Part shown: positions 14,617 through 27,919 of the stretch, in pieces | How the letters are laid out: every line of letters starts with the position of its first letter | How positions within the stretch are numbered: the stretch's first letter is position 1 | Assembly (NCBI GenBank): GCA_964016885.1 | Contig: OZ024740.1 | Span: 59,086,001 to 59,150,000 of the forward strand | Source: Eledone cirrhosa | Lineage: Eukaryota | Direction of reading: 5' to 3' | Length of the DNA stretch: 64,000 nt | Notes under the pieces: generated by a model | What the model was told of the DNA's origin: nothing | The model's database searches: none | Seen by the model: only the letters and a program-made list of their open reading frames with translations | Translations under genes and position numbers: made by a program

Positions 14617-15680
14617 TGTGATGTGTATATGAGTGGGTGTATGGGTGTCTATGTTTGTGTAGGTGTATGAGTGTGTATATGTGTGTAGATGTGTTTGTAT
14701 GTGTGCGTGTATAGATATGTGTGCGTGTGTGTGTGTGAGCACGTGTATGTAGATATATGTGTGTGTATGTGTAGATGTGTGAGTGTTTATGTTTGTGTAG
14801 CTGTATGAGTGTGTATATGTGTGTGTATGAGTGTGTATATGTGTGTGTGTGTACGTAGATGCGTATGTGTGTAGATGTGTGAGCACGTGTATGTAGATGT
14901 ATGTGTGCATGTGTGTGTAAGCATGTATGTGCAATGTGTGGGTGTCTATGTTTGTGTAGGTGTATGAGTGTGTATATGTGTGTAGATGTGTTTGTATGTG
15001 TGTGAGTGTAGATGTGTGAGCACGTGTATGTAGATGTATGTGTGTATGTGTATGCATGTGTGTATATGTGTAGATGTGTGGGTGTGGGTGTTTGTGTTGA
15101 TGTATGAGTGTGTATGTGTAAATGTGTTTGTATGTGTGCGTGTGTAGATGTGTAGATGTGTGGGTGTGTGTGTGCTTGTGTAGATGTATGTGTGTGTAGA
15201 TGTGTGGGTGTGTGTGCTTGTGTAGATGCATGTGTCTGTAGATGTGTGAGCATGTGTATGTAGATGTATGTATGTATGTGTGTGCATGTATCTAGATGCA
15301 TGTGTGTAAGTGTGTAGATATGTGTGTGTGTATGCAAGTGTATGTGTGTGTAGCGGTGTGGGCACATGTATGTGTATATGTGTGTACATATGTGTAGACG
15401 CATGTGTGTGAGTGTGTAGATGTGTATATGTATATAGCTATGTGAGCGCATGTATGTCAATATATGTGTGTATGTGTATGTTTGTGGATGCACATGTATG
15501 TGTGTATGTGGATGTATGTGTGTGTGGATGTGTGCGTGTGTGGATGTGTTTGTTTGTGTATGCATGTGTAGCTGTGTTTGTATGCATGTGTGCATAAATG
15601 TGTGAGTGCATGTATGTAAATGTATGTGCATATGCATGTATGTGTTTGTAGATGTGAGTGTGTATATGTATACCCTATAC
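14617..15680. repeat. Degenerate (TG)/(TA) microsatellite expansion with an internal ~297-bp duplication
   Basis: TG/TA-rich low complexity; block GGGTGTCTATGTTTGTGTAGGTGTATGAG at 14643 and 14940. Confidence 0.95.
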
Positions 15681-16099
15681 AATTATGCATATAAAATATA
15701 CAATCTATATTGGCTGAATCTTCACTACGTCACTTTTCAAATTTCATTTTGTATTCACTCCCATCAACTGTCTTGATTTGAAGTTTATTCTCTTAAGAAG
15801 CTTGCCGATACAGTTGGCATGCTGCCCAAAATATAGGTCCCTCCAGCTGTAGAATTGTAGAATGTAAAAGCTAGTGTGTGACTAAATAAAATATTTGCCA
15901 AAAAACTTAACTAATAATTGAAATTTACCATAAAATTGTTCTGTGCTTTTGGGAAAAAAACACGAAATTTCGCTTTCTTTTATAAATCGAAAATGTATTA
16001 ACAATAATAATTTTTTGTTACTCCCTAAAGATATGTATCCAATAAATTTTCAGTAATCCTTGAATATTGACTTAGAGCTTCAATACTGAGACATTTGTG

Positions 16100-16450
16100 A
16101 TAATAATGATTTCTACTTTTGGCACAAGGCCAGCAATTACCTAGTACATTACTGGTACTTTATTTTATCGACCCCGTAAGGATGTAAGGCAAAGTGAACC
16201 TCAGCGGGATTTGAACTCAGATGGTAAAGGGACGTAACTATGCTGGAAAGCATGGTGTCCGACTCTTTACCGGTACTGCCAATAATAATGGTTTCTGATT
16301 TAGGCACAAGGCCAACATTTTATGGGGGAGGGGAAAGTCAATTAAATCGACCGCAGTGCATTACTGGTACTTTATTTTATCAACACAATAAGGATGAAAA
16401 GTAAAGCTTATTATGGCAGGATTTGAACTGAGAATGTAAAGGTATGTATC
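16100..16450 (-). mobile_element. Two tandem copies of tRNA-derived SINE family A
   Basis: TTTCTACTTTTGGCACAAGGCCAGCAA...ACTGGTACTTTATTTTATCGACCCCGTAAGGATG-AAGGCAAAGT...GGATTTGAACTCAGA; B-box GTTCAAATCC on the minus strand; (TAT)n tail. Confidence 0.85.
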
Positions 16451-16479
16451 TCTATACCCCAAAGCTTGATAATAATAAC

Positions 16480-16712
16480 GTTGGGTTGGGTGAGATTGGG
16501 TGAGGTTGGGTGAGGTTGGGTGAGGTTGGGTGAGGTTGGGTGAGGTTGGGTGAGTTGGGTGAGGTTGGCTGAGTTGGGTGAGGTTGGCTGAGATTGGGTG
16601 AGTTTGGCTGAGGTGGTTGGCTGAGGTTGGGTTGTGTGGGGGCTGGTTGGGTGAGTTTGGCTGAGGTGGTTGGCTGAGGTTGGGTTGTGTGGGGGTTGGT
16701 TGGCTGAGGGTG
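16480..16712. repeat. 10-bp minisatellite (GGTTGGGTGA/GGTTGGCTGA)n
   Basis: Visible tandem decamers. Confidence 0.95.
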
Positions 16713-16754
16713 ACTGAGATAAATTGGATCAGGTGAATGATAGATAAGCAGAAC

Positions 16755-17005
16755 TGTTCACCCAAATGTAGAAATCACGACTATAACTCACATTGTATCA
16801 GAAAGACCAGAGTTAGCTGAAAATGGATTGCTGTAATAAATTCATTGGAACATTTGCAAGAGATACAATTATGATATGACCATTTTATGAGAACAGAAAA
16901 GAATGTCCTTGAAAATGATAAAATGAAGTTATTTGAATTTTCCATACAAACATAAACAAGAATAGAGCTTAAAATGTTGTATATAGTGGTCATTCAAAAG
17001 AAGAC
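16755..17005 (+). mobile_element. Remnant of an R4/Dong- or NeSL-like non-LTR element (CCHC + restriction-like endonuclease region)
   Basis: Frameshifted hand translation TITHIVSE-PELA...IHWNICKRY...HFYE...NVLENDKMK..FSIQT..RIE...IVVIQKK resembles the HWxLC...WDFxIQTD...PDIVV motif. Confidence 0.6.
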
Positions 17006-18660
17006 TCAACCCAACCTCAGCCAACTTCAGTCAACTTCACCCAACCAAACCACAACACAACTCACCACTCAAACACAGCCAACCCAACCTTAGCCTACCT
17101 CAGCCAACTTCAACCAGCATAACCTCAGTCAACACAACTTCAGCCAACCTCAGCCAGCTAAATTTCAGCTAGCCCAATCTCACCCAACCCAACCTCAGTC
17201 AACCTGACTTTACCCAACCCAACCTCAGCCAACCCAATACAATCAACCTCAGCGGCCCAAACTTCAGCCATCCTCATCAAAATCCAATCTCAGCCAACTC
17301 AAACTCAGCCCCCCCCCCCCCCCTCCCCCCCACTTCCACAAAACCAATCACAATCTCAGACAACCACACTGAGCCAATCTGAGCCTATCCAACATCACCT
17401 AACTCATACCCAGCCAACCCAACTTCCCCCAACCTTAACCAACCAACATCAGCTGACCAAACCTTGGCCAGCTTCATGTAATCCAACCTCACTCAACCTC
17501 ACCCAATCCAACCACACCCAACTCAACCTCACTCTACCCAACATCAGCACACCTTAGCCAACCCAATCTCAGCCATCACTATCACAATCAACTCAACCTC
17601 AGCTAACCACAGCCAAACCAAATTCAGCCAACCTTGCCTAACCAAACCTCAGCCAACCAAACCTCACCCAGCCCAATCTTACCCAACGTCAGCCAACCCA
17701 AACTCACCCAATGCAATCTCAGGCAATGTTAGCCAACCCAAGTTCTTCCAACCTCAGCTAACCTCAGTCTAATTTAGCCAAACCAACCTTAGCCAACCTA
17801 AACACAGCCAACCTAACCTCAGCAAACAAAACCTCAGCCAACCTCATCCAACCACCACCAACCTAACCTCAGCAATCCTCAGCTAACTTCTGCCAACATC
17901 AGCCAAACTTACCCAGCCTCAGCCATCCCAACCTCATCCAACATCACCAGACCCAACATCAGTCTACCTAAACCAACCCTCAGCCAACCCAACCCTCAAC
18001 CAACCAAACCTCAGTCACCCATATCTCAACCAACCTCCCTCAAATAAACCTTAGCCAACCAAATCTCAGCCAACCTCCCCAAAACTCAGATAACTCAACC
18101 TTATAAACTTCACCAGACCCAACATCAGCCCACCTAAGCCAACCACAGCCCATCAAATCTCAGTCAACATCAGCCCACCTAAGCCAACCCAAATTCACCA
18201 TCGGCTGCAAAAATCAGCCAACTCAAACTCATCCAACATTATCCAAACCATACTCACCTGACCTCACCCAACTTCAGCCAGCCTCACACAGCATATGACA
18301 ACATACCCTTAGTCAAGTTCAGTCAACCCAACCTCAGCCAATCCAGCTTCATCCATCTAAATCTCAGCCAAACTCACCCAACCTCAGCGAACCCAACCTC
18401 AGTTAATCCAACCTCAGTCAACCCAACCTCAATCAACTCAACCTTACCCAACCCAACCCCAGCCAACCCAACCCCAGCCAACCCAACAGCAGCCCACCAC
18501 AGCCAAACTCAGCCAACACAACTTCAACCAACACAACTTCAGCCATCCACAGCCGACCTAACCTCAGCTAACCAACCTCATCCAACCCAACCTCATCCAA
18601 CCCATCCTCAGCCAACCCATTGTCAGCCAACCAAATCTCCATCAAACTCATCCAACTCAA
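17006..18660. repeat. Degenerate 10-bp minisatellite (CTCAGCCAAC/CTCACCCAAC)n, reverse complement of 16480-16712
   Basis: Recurrent CTCAGCCAAC over 1.65 kb. Confidence 0.93.
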
Positions 18661-18669
18661 TTTCATCTA

Positions 18670-19760
18670 TATAGGTGTTAAAACACCCCCACAGGAGAAT
18701 AATCAGAAATCAGAAAGGAACAGCATGGAAAGCATCCAGCAAATAGCAAACTCCATTCTCCAGAGTTTCAAATTTGCCACAGACAACCCAACCAAACACC
18801 TCAAACATAGACTACTTCTACTAAACAGAGAATTCTGGTTTGAAATTATTGGTAATAAAGCACAAATCCTCCATTTGCATTAGGCCAAACTCATGACCTC
18901 CTAATACCTGATCCGCTGAAACTCAGCCATTTCAGATAATGTGAAAATCAACATACTAATTGTGGACTTAGTAAGAGTGATGAAGAATGTGTCCTGCATG
19001 CGTGATCCCAAAGAATTAAAGAGACACATACAACACTTCATCCACTGCATGTAGTTCTCTGGCTGCAATTAAAGATGCAAGCTCAGGGTGTACAAAGGGC
19101 TAAATGGATGAATATTATTGAAAATGATGCAAATGCAACTTGCCCCATTTGTAGGAATAAGTTTAGGAATAGAGTAGAGAAAACTCCTGGTATGACAGCA
19201 ACAAATACCAGAGTGTAATGATTGTCAATATTACCCCCCACCCGCCCACCCCCCACCCCACCCCCACCACACCCCCCACCCTTTTGAGGCAAACAAGCAT
19301 AAAGATTTAGAAGGTTTCTAGACAAATTAAAATTAGATATTAAGATAATAGAAAAACCAGGTATTTCCATAAAAGCTCTGATTAACAAAACATACCCCTT
19401 TAAGAAAACCTCCTGCACTGATTGAAAATGTATAGCCAACAGATTAACTGTAAAACTAGGAATGTAGTATATGGCATAAGATGCATGGAGTGACTGTGTA
19501 GGAATAGATAACATGACATACATAGATGAGATGACCTGTAGTATAGGAGAAAGAATCAAGGGACACTAGTGAGATGAGAAAAAACTCATCAGTATTCGAC
19601 CAACATGCCAGAATAGAACATGGAGGCTCACTAGAGAACAAGATAAAAATGATATCTACACACAGAACAGACGCAATGCTCCAACAGATAACTGATGCAA
19701 CAAACATAAACATAAACAAACCAAAACTAAATTGAAAGCATGAGCAGAATAGTAACAGTC
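18670..19760 (+). mobile_element. Degenerate Penelope-like element (RT C-terminus + GIY-YIG endonuclease)
   Basis: MESIQQIANSILQSFKFATDNP (late RT); from ~19449 CKTRNVVYGIRCME*LC...TYIDEMTCSIGERIKGH...SSVFDQHARIEH...QITDATNIN..PKLN, which follows the VVY..CxxC..YIGET..R..EH..H..E GIY-YIG layout. Confidence 0.7.
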
Positions 19761-20150
19761 TTATAATGTTGTAACGAAGGACAATATAAAGACATAAAAA
19801 CACACAGGAACTAACCTAATCAGATAAACAGACCCCCCCCCCCCCTCTTCCCCTGCCCCAAACACACACACATATAAGAAATAACCAACTAGTGAGAAGC
19901 AGGAAAGAGAGAAAATAAATTAATAAATAAATAAATGTATAAATTGATAAACAAATAAATAAATATTTAAAAATACACACACGGATATAATGCATGTGCA
20001 GCCCAAGTACACAGCTCACAAAAACAAGATGGTGTGAGACAGAACAAAGGGAGCCACTAAGGAGGTCACAGAAAGAATGTGTGACAAAAGAGCTTTGACA
20101 ATGAACAACTAAATCACTATCCAGCTATTAAACTAACAGACTGAAAATTA

Positions 20151-20238
20151 TAATAATTGTTTCTATTTTTGGCACAAGGCCAGCAATTACCCAGTACATT
20201 ACTGGTACTTTATTTTATCGACCCCGTAAGGATGAAAA
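20151..20238 (-). mobile_element. SINE family A, truncated
   Basis: Same tail and core as 16100. Confidence 0.8.
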
Positions 20239-20330
20239 TTATAATAATAAATTGAAATGAAACCCAACAGGTGCAAGTATTCTTTATTGGCAGTAAAACT
20301 ATAACAATATATATATATATATATACATAT

Positions 20331-20332
<2 letters not shown>

Positions 20333-20365
<33 letters not shown>

Positions 20366-22467
20366 TGTTTAACGTCCATCTTCCACGCTTGCATGGGTTT
20401 GGACGGGAGTTTTCCCACTTGAGGCAAGATTGGTTGTCTTGCTCGTATAGGACTGTCTGGCGGGTTTTCTACAGCTGGATGCCCTTCCTAACACCAACCA
20501 CGTTTACAGTGTGGACTGGGAGGTTTTTACCGTGTTACCTACACGGCCACATTACAGCGTGGACTGTGTTTTTTTTTTTCATGACACCTACACGACCTCA
20601 TTTGTTTCGGACTGGATGTTGTGGTACCAACATAACTTTACATCGAAAGGGGTGGTGTGGATGGGGTGGGGGTGGTAGGGCGGGGTGTATTTTTGTTAGA
20701 GGTGCCTATGACTGTAGGTTTCGCTTTGTACTTAGGCAAGGCAGGTCTTCTGTATTACTGTGTAGCGCCAAAGATCTCGGTCCAGTGACATTGTCTTGGA
20801 GAGGTGTAAGTGTGTGAGGTCGGAATTTATTAAGTCGTCCCAGGTTTTTCTGGGTCTGTCTACTCCGTGGCTACTGTCTATTTTTATCGCCCTGCACTTT
20901 TTTATACAGCTGTCGTCTTTCACGCGCATCACGTGACCATACCAACGTAGTCTTCTCTCGAGTAAACAGCATCTGATTCCTCTTATCCCTAATTTCTCCC
21001 TTAGTTCATTTATGCTTTGCCGTTCACGTATATTACTATTACACATCCAACGGAGCATGCAAGATTCGTTCCTCTCCAGTCTGCATATATCCTCTGCACA
21101 CAATGCCCAAGTCTCACTGCCATGTAACATTGCTGTTCGTATGCAGGCATCATACAGCCTGCCTTTCATTTTTAGAGAGAACCCTTTAGCGGCCAATAGT
21201 GGTATAAGCTCTCTGAACTTCTTCCATCCCGTTCTGAATCTAGCTATTGTACTTTCAGTGCACCCTCCACCACTGCTGATTTTGTCATCCAGGTAACGGA
21301 AGTTGTCCACTATTACTATAGAACGATCTGTGCAATGGAATGAGCTAGTATTTTGAGGGCACTTGCTGCTACTTATTGCACCTGAGCACCGGCCACATAT
21401 AAAATCTATATTCTTAGTTAGCTTACCTGTGATCCCACTACATCTTTTATGCACCCATACTTTGCATTTGGGACATAAAATGGAGTTTCTGCCTACTCCT
21501 TTCCTACACACTGAGCATGGCCATTTCCCAGATGGGACTGGTGCCCTATTTTCCTTCCTACAAACTAGAACTTTAGTCTTAGACAGGTTAATTTTAAGGC
21601 CTTTTGATTCTAGGCCATGCTTCCATGTTTGGAATTTCTTCTCTAGTTCAGCCATTGATTCAGCTATGAGCGTTATATCATCTGCGTATAGAAGTTCCCA
21701 TGGGCAGCCGGTCTTGAACTCCTCTGTTATAGCCTGAAGGGCAATAATAAATAGTAGGGGACTAAGAACAGAGCCCTGATGAACACCAACTTTTACACTA
21801 AACTCTTCACTATATTCGTTGTTAATTCTAATCTTGCTGACTGTTTCTTTATACATGGCTTGTATAGCTCTCACAAGCCATTCATCAACACCTAGTTTTC
21901 TAAGGGCCTACCAGATAATCGAGCGGGGTACTCTGTCAAAGGCTTTCTCCAAGTCAACAAAAGCTAAGTATAGGGGTTTATTTTTAGCTAGGTACTTCTC
22001 CTGTAGTTTTCGTACAATGAAAAGAGCGTCTGTTGTACTTTTACCTGACACAAACCCAAACTGCATTTCGTCTAGATCAATTCGCTCTCTGATTAGTTAC
22101 GCTATTACTTTTTCTGTGACCTTCATGACCTGGTCAATTAATTTAATGCCTCTATAGTTTCCCCTATCTAGGGCATCTCCTTTACCCTTGTAGCAGTTAA
22201 TGATGATGCTGCTGCGCCAGTCCTTCAGAACGACCCCATTCTGTATGACTTGGTTTACTATCTGGGTGACCATAGTGTGTCCCACCGTTCCAGATGCTTT
22301 CAGCATTTCAGCAACTATTTCCGAAGGCCCAGCCGCCTTACCCATCTTCATGTCTTTGATTGCCTTACTTATTATACTACCTTCAACTTGCACTGCTGGT
22401 CCCTCTATTGGATCGATGTGGGGGAGACTGTCTTTCTCCCAATTATTCTCCTCATTTAGTAGCCTTT

Positions 22468-22470
<3 letters not shown>
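20333..22470 (-). mobile_element. 5'-truncated RTE LINE; RT with PHD-like insert; premature stops
   Basis: ORFs 22470-22097 (GKAAGPS, NYRGIKL) and 21874-20732 (GVHQGSVLSPLLF, LYADD, CSVC..CPKC..WVHKRC..CGRC, RLRWYGHV); (GAT)n tail; 5' end abuts (TA)n. Confidence 0.96.
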
Positions 22471-22502
<32 letters not shown>

Positions 22503-22533
22503 AAGTATAACAATATATATATATATATATATA

Positions 22534-22603
22534 CAGGATGTCCGAAAAAATGTATACAGACTTTTATTAGAATGCTGTTGAAGTTTGTATACATTTTTTG
22601 GGT
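22534..22603. mobile_element. Tiny Tc1/mariner-like MITE remnant
   Basis: TA-CAGGATGTCCGAAAAAATGTATACA ... TGTATACATTTTTTGGG inverted repeat inside a (TA)n tract. Confidence 0.5.
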
Positions 22604-25164
22604 ATATATAAACTCGAGGCTATTGTTGAAGACACTCCTCCAAGTTACCATGCAGTGAAATAGAACTCAACACCATGTAGTTGCAAAGCAAACTTTTTTA
22701 CCTCACAGTTATGTGCAGGAGAAGTTTTATGGCAAGTGATATAAATCAATTGCAAATGTTAGCCATCATATTCCGACAGAACAGTTACTTAACTGATTTG
22801 TTATATAATATATTTGGAAAGTGAGTTCATAAGGTAAAAATATAAACATTGAACATTTTTTACATTATATTATAGCTGCTCATATCCATTATAAGTGAGC
22901 TGAATATATCATTTCAGTAAGTTTGGGGAAAGCATTCTTAAACCTGTAGAAAGTCATATGGGGAACATTATTTCAGAGAAGAAAATTTTCCGATAGGTTT
23001 GTTTTATTTTCTATAAGTTTTTCTTTTCTCTTTCTTGCTTATTGTAGTTCTTTAATATATTTTTTATTGTAATTTATTTTGTCGTTGACGATCACTAATC
23101 AATAAGTGTAATAAAATCTGTATCTTATAGGTAATTCTGCAATTTTGTTCAAGCAAGTTTCGTAGAAGATGAATACAAACAGCATATTTTTATAAGATGA
23201 AGATCAAACAGGAGCAATAAGTATATATACTGCATATTGATTTTTTCAAAGGGACATGAGAAAATGTAGACTGCAGTGCAGATAAATTTAGCTGCAGAAT
23301 CACCTTTCCCTTCAGTGATTATTTAAAATTGTACACTACGTCTACTGTCTTCTATGAAAACAAGATATAAATTTCTCATTAAATTACTAATACTTCAAGT
23401 CAAGAGGGATATTATATTCCACTTCTAAATTTCTTTAAAGAATATTGTATTAATTCTTATCAGAAAATTATAATGCCGCTAAGTTCCAATGGGGGAGGAA
23501 AATAAAAAGAGACAACATATCTTGGGGGAGAAACAAGTAGAAAACTTGTCATGAAGATAATTGAAATAATGACGATATAATAAGGCAATATACTAATATC
23601 TATGGACAGTAAATAGGTCAATCTATCCCAAAGGACAAGTACCAGAAATGAGAGAATTTTACAAAATTTCAATCAATTTGGATTTATATTTACAGACTAC
23701 AAATTACAAAAGGAAAAAAAAGGAAATGAAAATGATTTCTTCAAATAGGTTTTCTTATGGTCATCAGGAAAGTCCATTCAATTTTCTATACATACTTAAA
23801 TTCCTTAAGTATATTCCACTATAGAAGAAACCTTGAACATTTACAATAATTTCGGGCACAGAATTATTGAGAGCCATTGTTGAAAAATTGCACCAAGGTC
23901 CTTACAGGAGATTCACGATATTTATACATAGATATTTAATAAGGAAATAAATTAGGTAATGTCAAAAGAATAGGGTTGATGGAAAGATATATAAAGAAAT
24001 GCTTTAACTAATGTTTAATGTTTCTTCAGAACAAAATAACAATGATGGAAGCTGTACAGTAATGATGGAAGAAATTATAATGAAATGGGTGTTGATGATT
24101 CAAGCACAAATAACAAGATATAACAGCATTAATTTGTAATTTTCTTCCATTTACTTCTTTGAATGACAAAATTATAGTATTTATATTGAGAATAAATAAG
24201 GCCATTAAGACAATTTCCTTTTCCTGTGACAATCTTCTCTATGCATTTACAATGCTACAAGGTCTAGTATTTATCTGAATTTGCAGTTATCTTCAAACTG
24301 CACTGTTTCAAAAAGTAGCCTTTAAAGGTCCATGTGACATGCTTAAAATAGCAGCCAAATTTCTCTTAACTCTTAGTATCTTGTAATGATTTAGTAGAAA
24401 AAAATATTGAAAACAATTTTTTTTTTAATTTAGATATTTATAGTATCTTTACTTGTGAAAAGATTTGTTGTGATAATTTGCAGTATTAAAGTGAAGACTT
24501 CAATATTTTTTCTGTGATGCAGTTATAGCACTGTTACATGCTTTTCCAGAATATTTTGCAAATACAATTTCAGAATGTCAAGAGTTAAATTACACAGTAA
24601 CATTCTTAAAATGGTACCCAAGACTGTAATGGTACCCAACAATGTAACTCAAACAACGAGTTTGAGACATGTATTAGAATTTGTAGGAAAATGATAAAAC
24701 TCAGCACAAGGAAGCTGTTAAAATAGCAAAATGCCATCAATTATGGCATCAAGTAAAATTTACCTCAAAGGATAAAAATCAGTGGGTAGCATTTTATTCC
24801 TTTCTCCTTTCTTCCTATCACTTCTGCGGGCCAACACTTCTAGCCACTGATTTCTATTCTTTGAGGTAAATTTTACCCAATGCCGTCATTGATGGCAGCT
24901 TCTTTGTAATTAGATATATGATATCTGAATAAAAAAAATGGAATGGTTATGGATGGAAAGCTTTGGATCATAGCGGTGTGCTCACTCAGGATTAATCTTA
25001 TCCTAATAAAAAAAATAACCAGTCTGTTTTGATAGTTAGCAAGAGGGACATCCATAAAACTGATGTAAAAAACATTGATGCTAGTTTTAGCTCAGGAGGA
25101 TTTTTTAAAATTCATCAAAAGATTATTATAGCTTATAAAATGGGGTCTTATGTCAAAATCTATA

Positions 25165-25372
25165 TAATGATGGTTTCTGATTTAGGCATAGAGCTAACAA
25201 TTTTTTGGGAGGGGAAAATCAATTAAATTGATTCCAGAGCATTACTGGTACTATATTTTATTTAACCCATAGGGATGAAAGGCAAAGCTGACCTTGGCAG
25301 AATTTGAACTCAACTCAGAATGTAAAGGGACATAACTATATGCCTCAAAGCATTTTGTCCAACACTCAACTG
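25165..25372 (-). mobile_element. SINE family A
   Basis: GGATGAAAGGCAAAGCTGACCTTGGCAGAATTTGAACTCA core/head. Confidence 0.75.
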
Positions 25373-25564
25373 ATAAGTGTAAATTTGTTTTGTTTGTCTT
25401 TCACATCACATAAATATTACATTCTATTGAAAAGGTGCTTAAATTTCTTATTTAGAATTCATGGCACACAAATGTAAGATAAGTGGGAGGGAAATGTTCT
25501 AAAACGTTTTCTGCCAACAGTGTTGTCCATATGTCTGTACATCTCTCACTCTCTCAATGTGTAT

Positions 25565-26240
25565 AAACATCATCATCTTCCTCATCATATTTGTTTTTAT
25601 GTCTGTTTTTTTCATGTTTGCATGAGTTGGATGGGTCCTTTGTAGAACAGCATCTCTCCACTTGTTGTGTTCCTTCATCACCTCCTCTGTGAGTCTTACA
25701 ATTGTGAGATGAGCTCTCACCACTTCTGCTCAAGTCTTTCTTTGTCTACCTCTACAACATTTTCCCTCCACTTCCTGGCATTTCGTCACCCAGCGATCAT
25801 CATCCATGTCTCTTCTACCACTTTTTTTTCCAGTCTTTCCATGCCTGTTTCTTTGATTTAATGGCTTTATCCACACTGCTGTTCCACCACTAGTTCACAC
25901 TCTGTCTGGTGCAAGGCACCAGTCACAAGTCTCATTAGTAGTTTGCAATAGGTTGTCATGTAAAATTGCCAATTTTTCTCTAACTTGACTCCTCTCTCAT
26001 CAAACACATCTTGTAGGGCCTAAATCTATATTTAACAGAAACATCCTTTAGCTGCCAAACCTTCATCACCATACTTTCCTGCATATCTTGTTCCATTTTG
26101 TGTTTATTCTGATGTCATTAATAATTAATTTGTATTGGCTGGCACATTCTACCCCAGGAAGGCCTTAGAATTGATTACTGTTCGTCTACCTCATGAACTT
26201 ACAAGTAAGAAATCAATCTGGTTTGAGTGTTCACCTGATT
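25565..26240 (-). mobile_element. Old internally deleted RTE remnant
   Basis: KWRDAVLQRT 3' end with (GAT)n tail, joined to sequence homologous to 38400-38830. Confidence 0.7.
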
Positions 26241-26471
26241 GAATATCAATACGATATCACAACAATATAAATACAATATCACAACAACATTGATACATCA
26301 TCAATACAATATTGAAACAATATCAATAAAATATTGAAGCAATATTGAATCAATATCGATAGAATATCAAACAATTTTGAAGAAATATCGAAAGTATGGC
26401 AATCAAAGTCATATCAATAAATATTAATATTGTTTGAATATTGTATTGATATTGTTTATATTATATATATA

Positions 26472-26716
26472 TATTGTTATACTTTGGGAGGGTCATGTTG
26501 CCAATAAGAAACACACACACCAGTTGCTTTCACTCCAATTTATTAAAAATTAAAAAATTCTTTTTTTAAATCTATAAATTTCCGGTTGGTTGGTTGGTTC
26601 CAACAGGAAATTTATAGATTTTTTTATTTTTTTTAAATTTATAATAAATTGGAGTGAAAGCAACTGGTGCGTTTGTTTCTTATTGGCAACATGACCCTCC
26701 CAAAGTATAACAATAT
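26472..26716. mobile_element. Foldback/MITE-like palindrome with ~110-bp arms
   Basis: TATTGTTATACTTTGGGAGGGTCATGTTGCCAATAAGAAAC...CAGTTGCTTTCACTCCAATTTATTA...TCTATAAATTTCC is mirrored at 26606-26716; spacer (GGTT)n. Confidence 0.85.
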
Positions 26717-27578
26717 CGGTTTCAACACACGTTTTCAGATAAAGAATCTTGCTAAACAAATTCAGAAACGATATATATATATATGTGTGTGTGTGTTTGT
26801 ATGTATGTATTTATGTATGTGTAAATATATATATAATACATAATTGATTAAAACCCCCAATAATATGAAAGCAGACAGATGGTGACAACAAATAAGGATA
26901 TATATATATAAATAATGATAATATAAATGATGATGATGATGATGACATATATTTATATATACAGCCATACATATGTAATCCATTAGTATAACTTTGTTAT
27001 AATTTGGGGAAGAATCCAAATATTTCTTATTCCACTTCTAACTTCTAAAACAATAGGTTATGTACTAGTACTATTTTTTGTTTCTAATATTGAGCAGTTG
27101 TGAAGAACCCCTCTGTATAGTGATAGATTCTCAACATCTACTTCACTAAAGTCTGTGAAACAGGTTTTTAGAGTCTGTGAAATACTTGCCCGTTTTTCTT
27201 CCATGAAAAATCATTAACTTCATGTAATTGCTAGAAGCAGTTGCAGAGACAATATTAATTTTGGCTGTCAGATATTATTTTATAGGGTGCTTCTTAAAAT
27301 CTTTTAATTTCTAATGTTTTCATATAATTAATCAGCTGCATCCTAAAATTAAGGACCACAAATAACATGTACAAATTTTCTGTTTATGCCAACTCAGCAT
27401 GAATTTTAAAAATAAAATGGACTTAATGAAGTAAAAATTAAAAATTTAATAAGAAATTCAACAAACATCATATATATGAAGCCGATCTCTCAGACTTTTA
27501 CAAAGCACTGAAGGAACAAAGTTAATATCAAGAATGGTGTGCTCATACATGGAGATGCTATGAAATAGCTTATAGACT

Positions 27579-27837
27579 CTTAACCTTTTAGCACTTACAT
27601 TACTCCATATATACTATTGTATTGTCATGGTAAAAGCTTTATCTTACATAATATCTCACATAATATTGAATCTACGAGATTTTGATATTATTTATTTTAA
27701 GAACAATACCTGAACATCAGTAAACATCAGTATGAGCGGCCAGTTGAGGCTGGTTTGAACAGAATGAGGTGAGAAAATTCTGGCTGGATATGGCTGGTTT
27801 AAATGCTAAAGGGTTAAAGATGGGAAAAGAAGTAGCC
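27579..27837. mobile_element. piggyBac-type MITE
   Basis: TTAA-CCTTTTAGCA ... TGCTAAAGGG-TTAA; same family as 30031, 33793 and 54035. Confidence 0.8.
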
Positions 27838-27839
27838 AT

Positions 27840-27919
27840 TGGCTGCTATGAAGAATTGAACCCCATATCTCCCAGATACCAGCAAGGCACTTTAAACCAT
27901 TAAGCTTAGTGCCTAGCCA
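27840..27919 (-). pseudogene. tRNA-like sequence (pseudogene or SINE head)
   Basis: Minus strand TGGCT...TAAGCTTAATGGTTTAAAG (A-box-like)...GGGGTTCAATTC (B-box)...AGCCA; the ends pair. Confidence 0.4.

Noticed and set aside
14489-15690. 397-aa His/Thr-rich ORF and overlapping ORFs
   Set aside because: Translation of a (CA/TA) microsatellite
23131-23222. Possible exon after TCTTATAG
   Set aside because: Stops in all three frames and a weak donor
23745-23775. CUGAUGA...GAAA on the minus strand
   Set aside because: No stem II, III or I pairing
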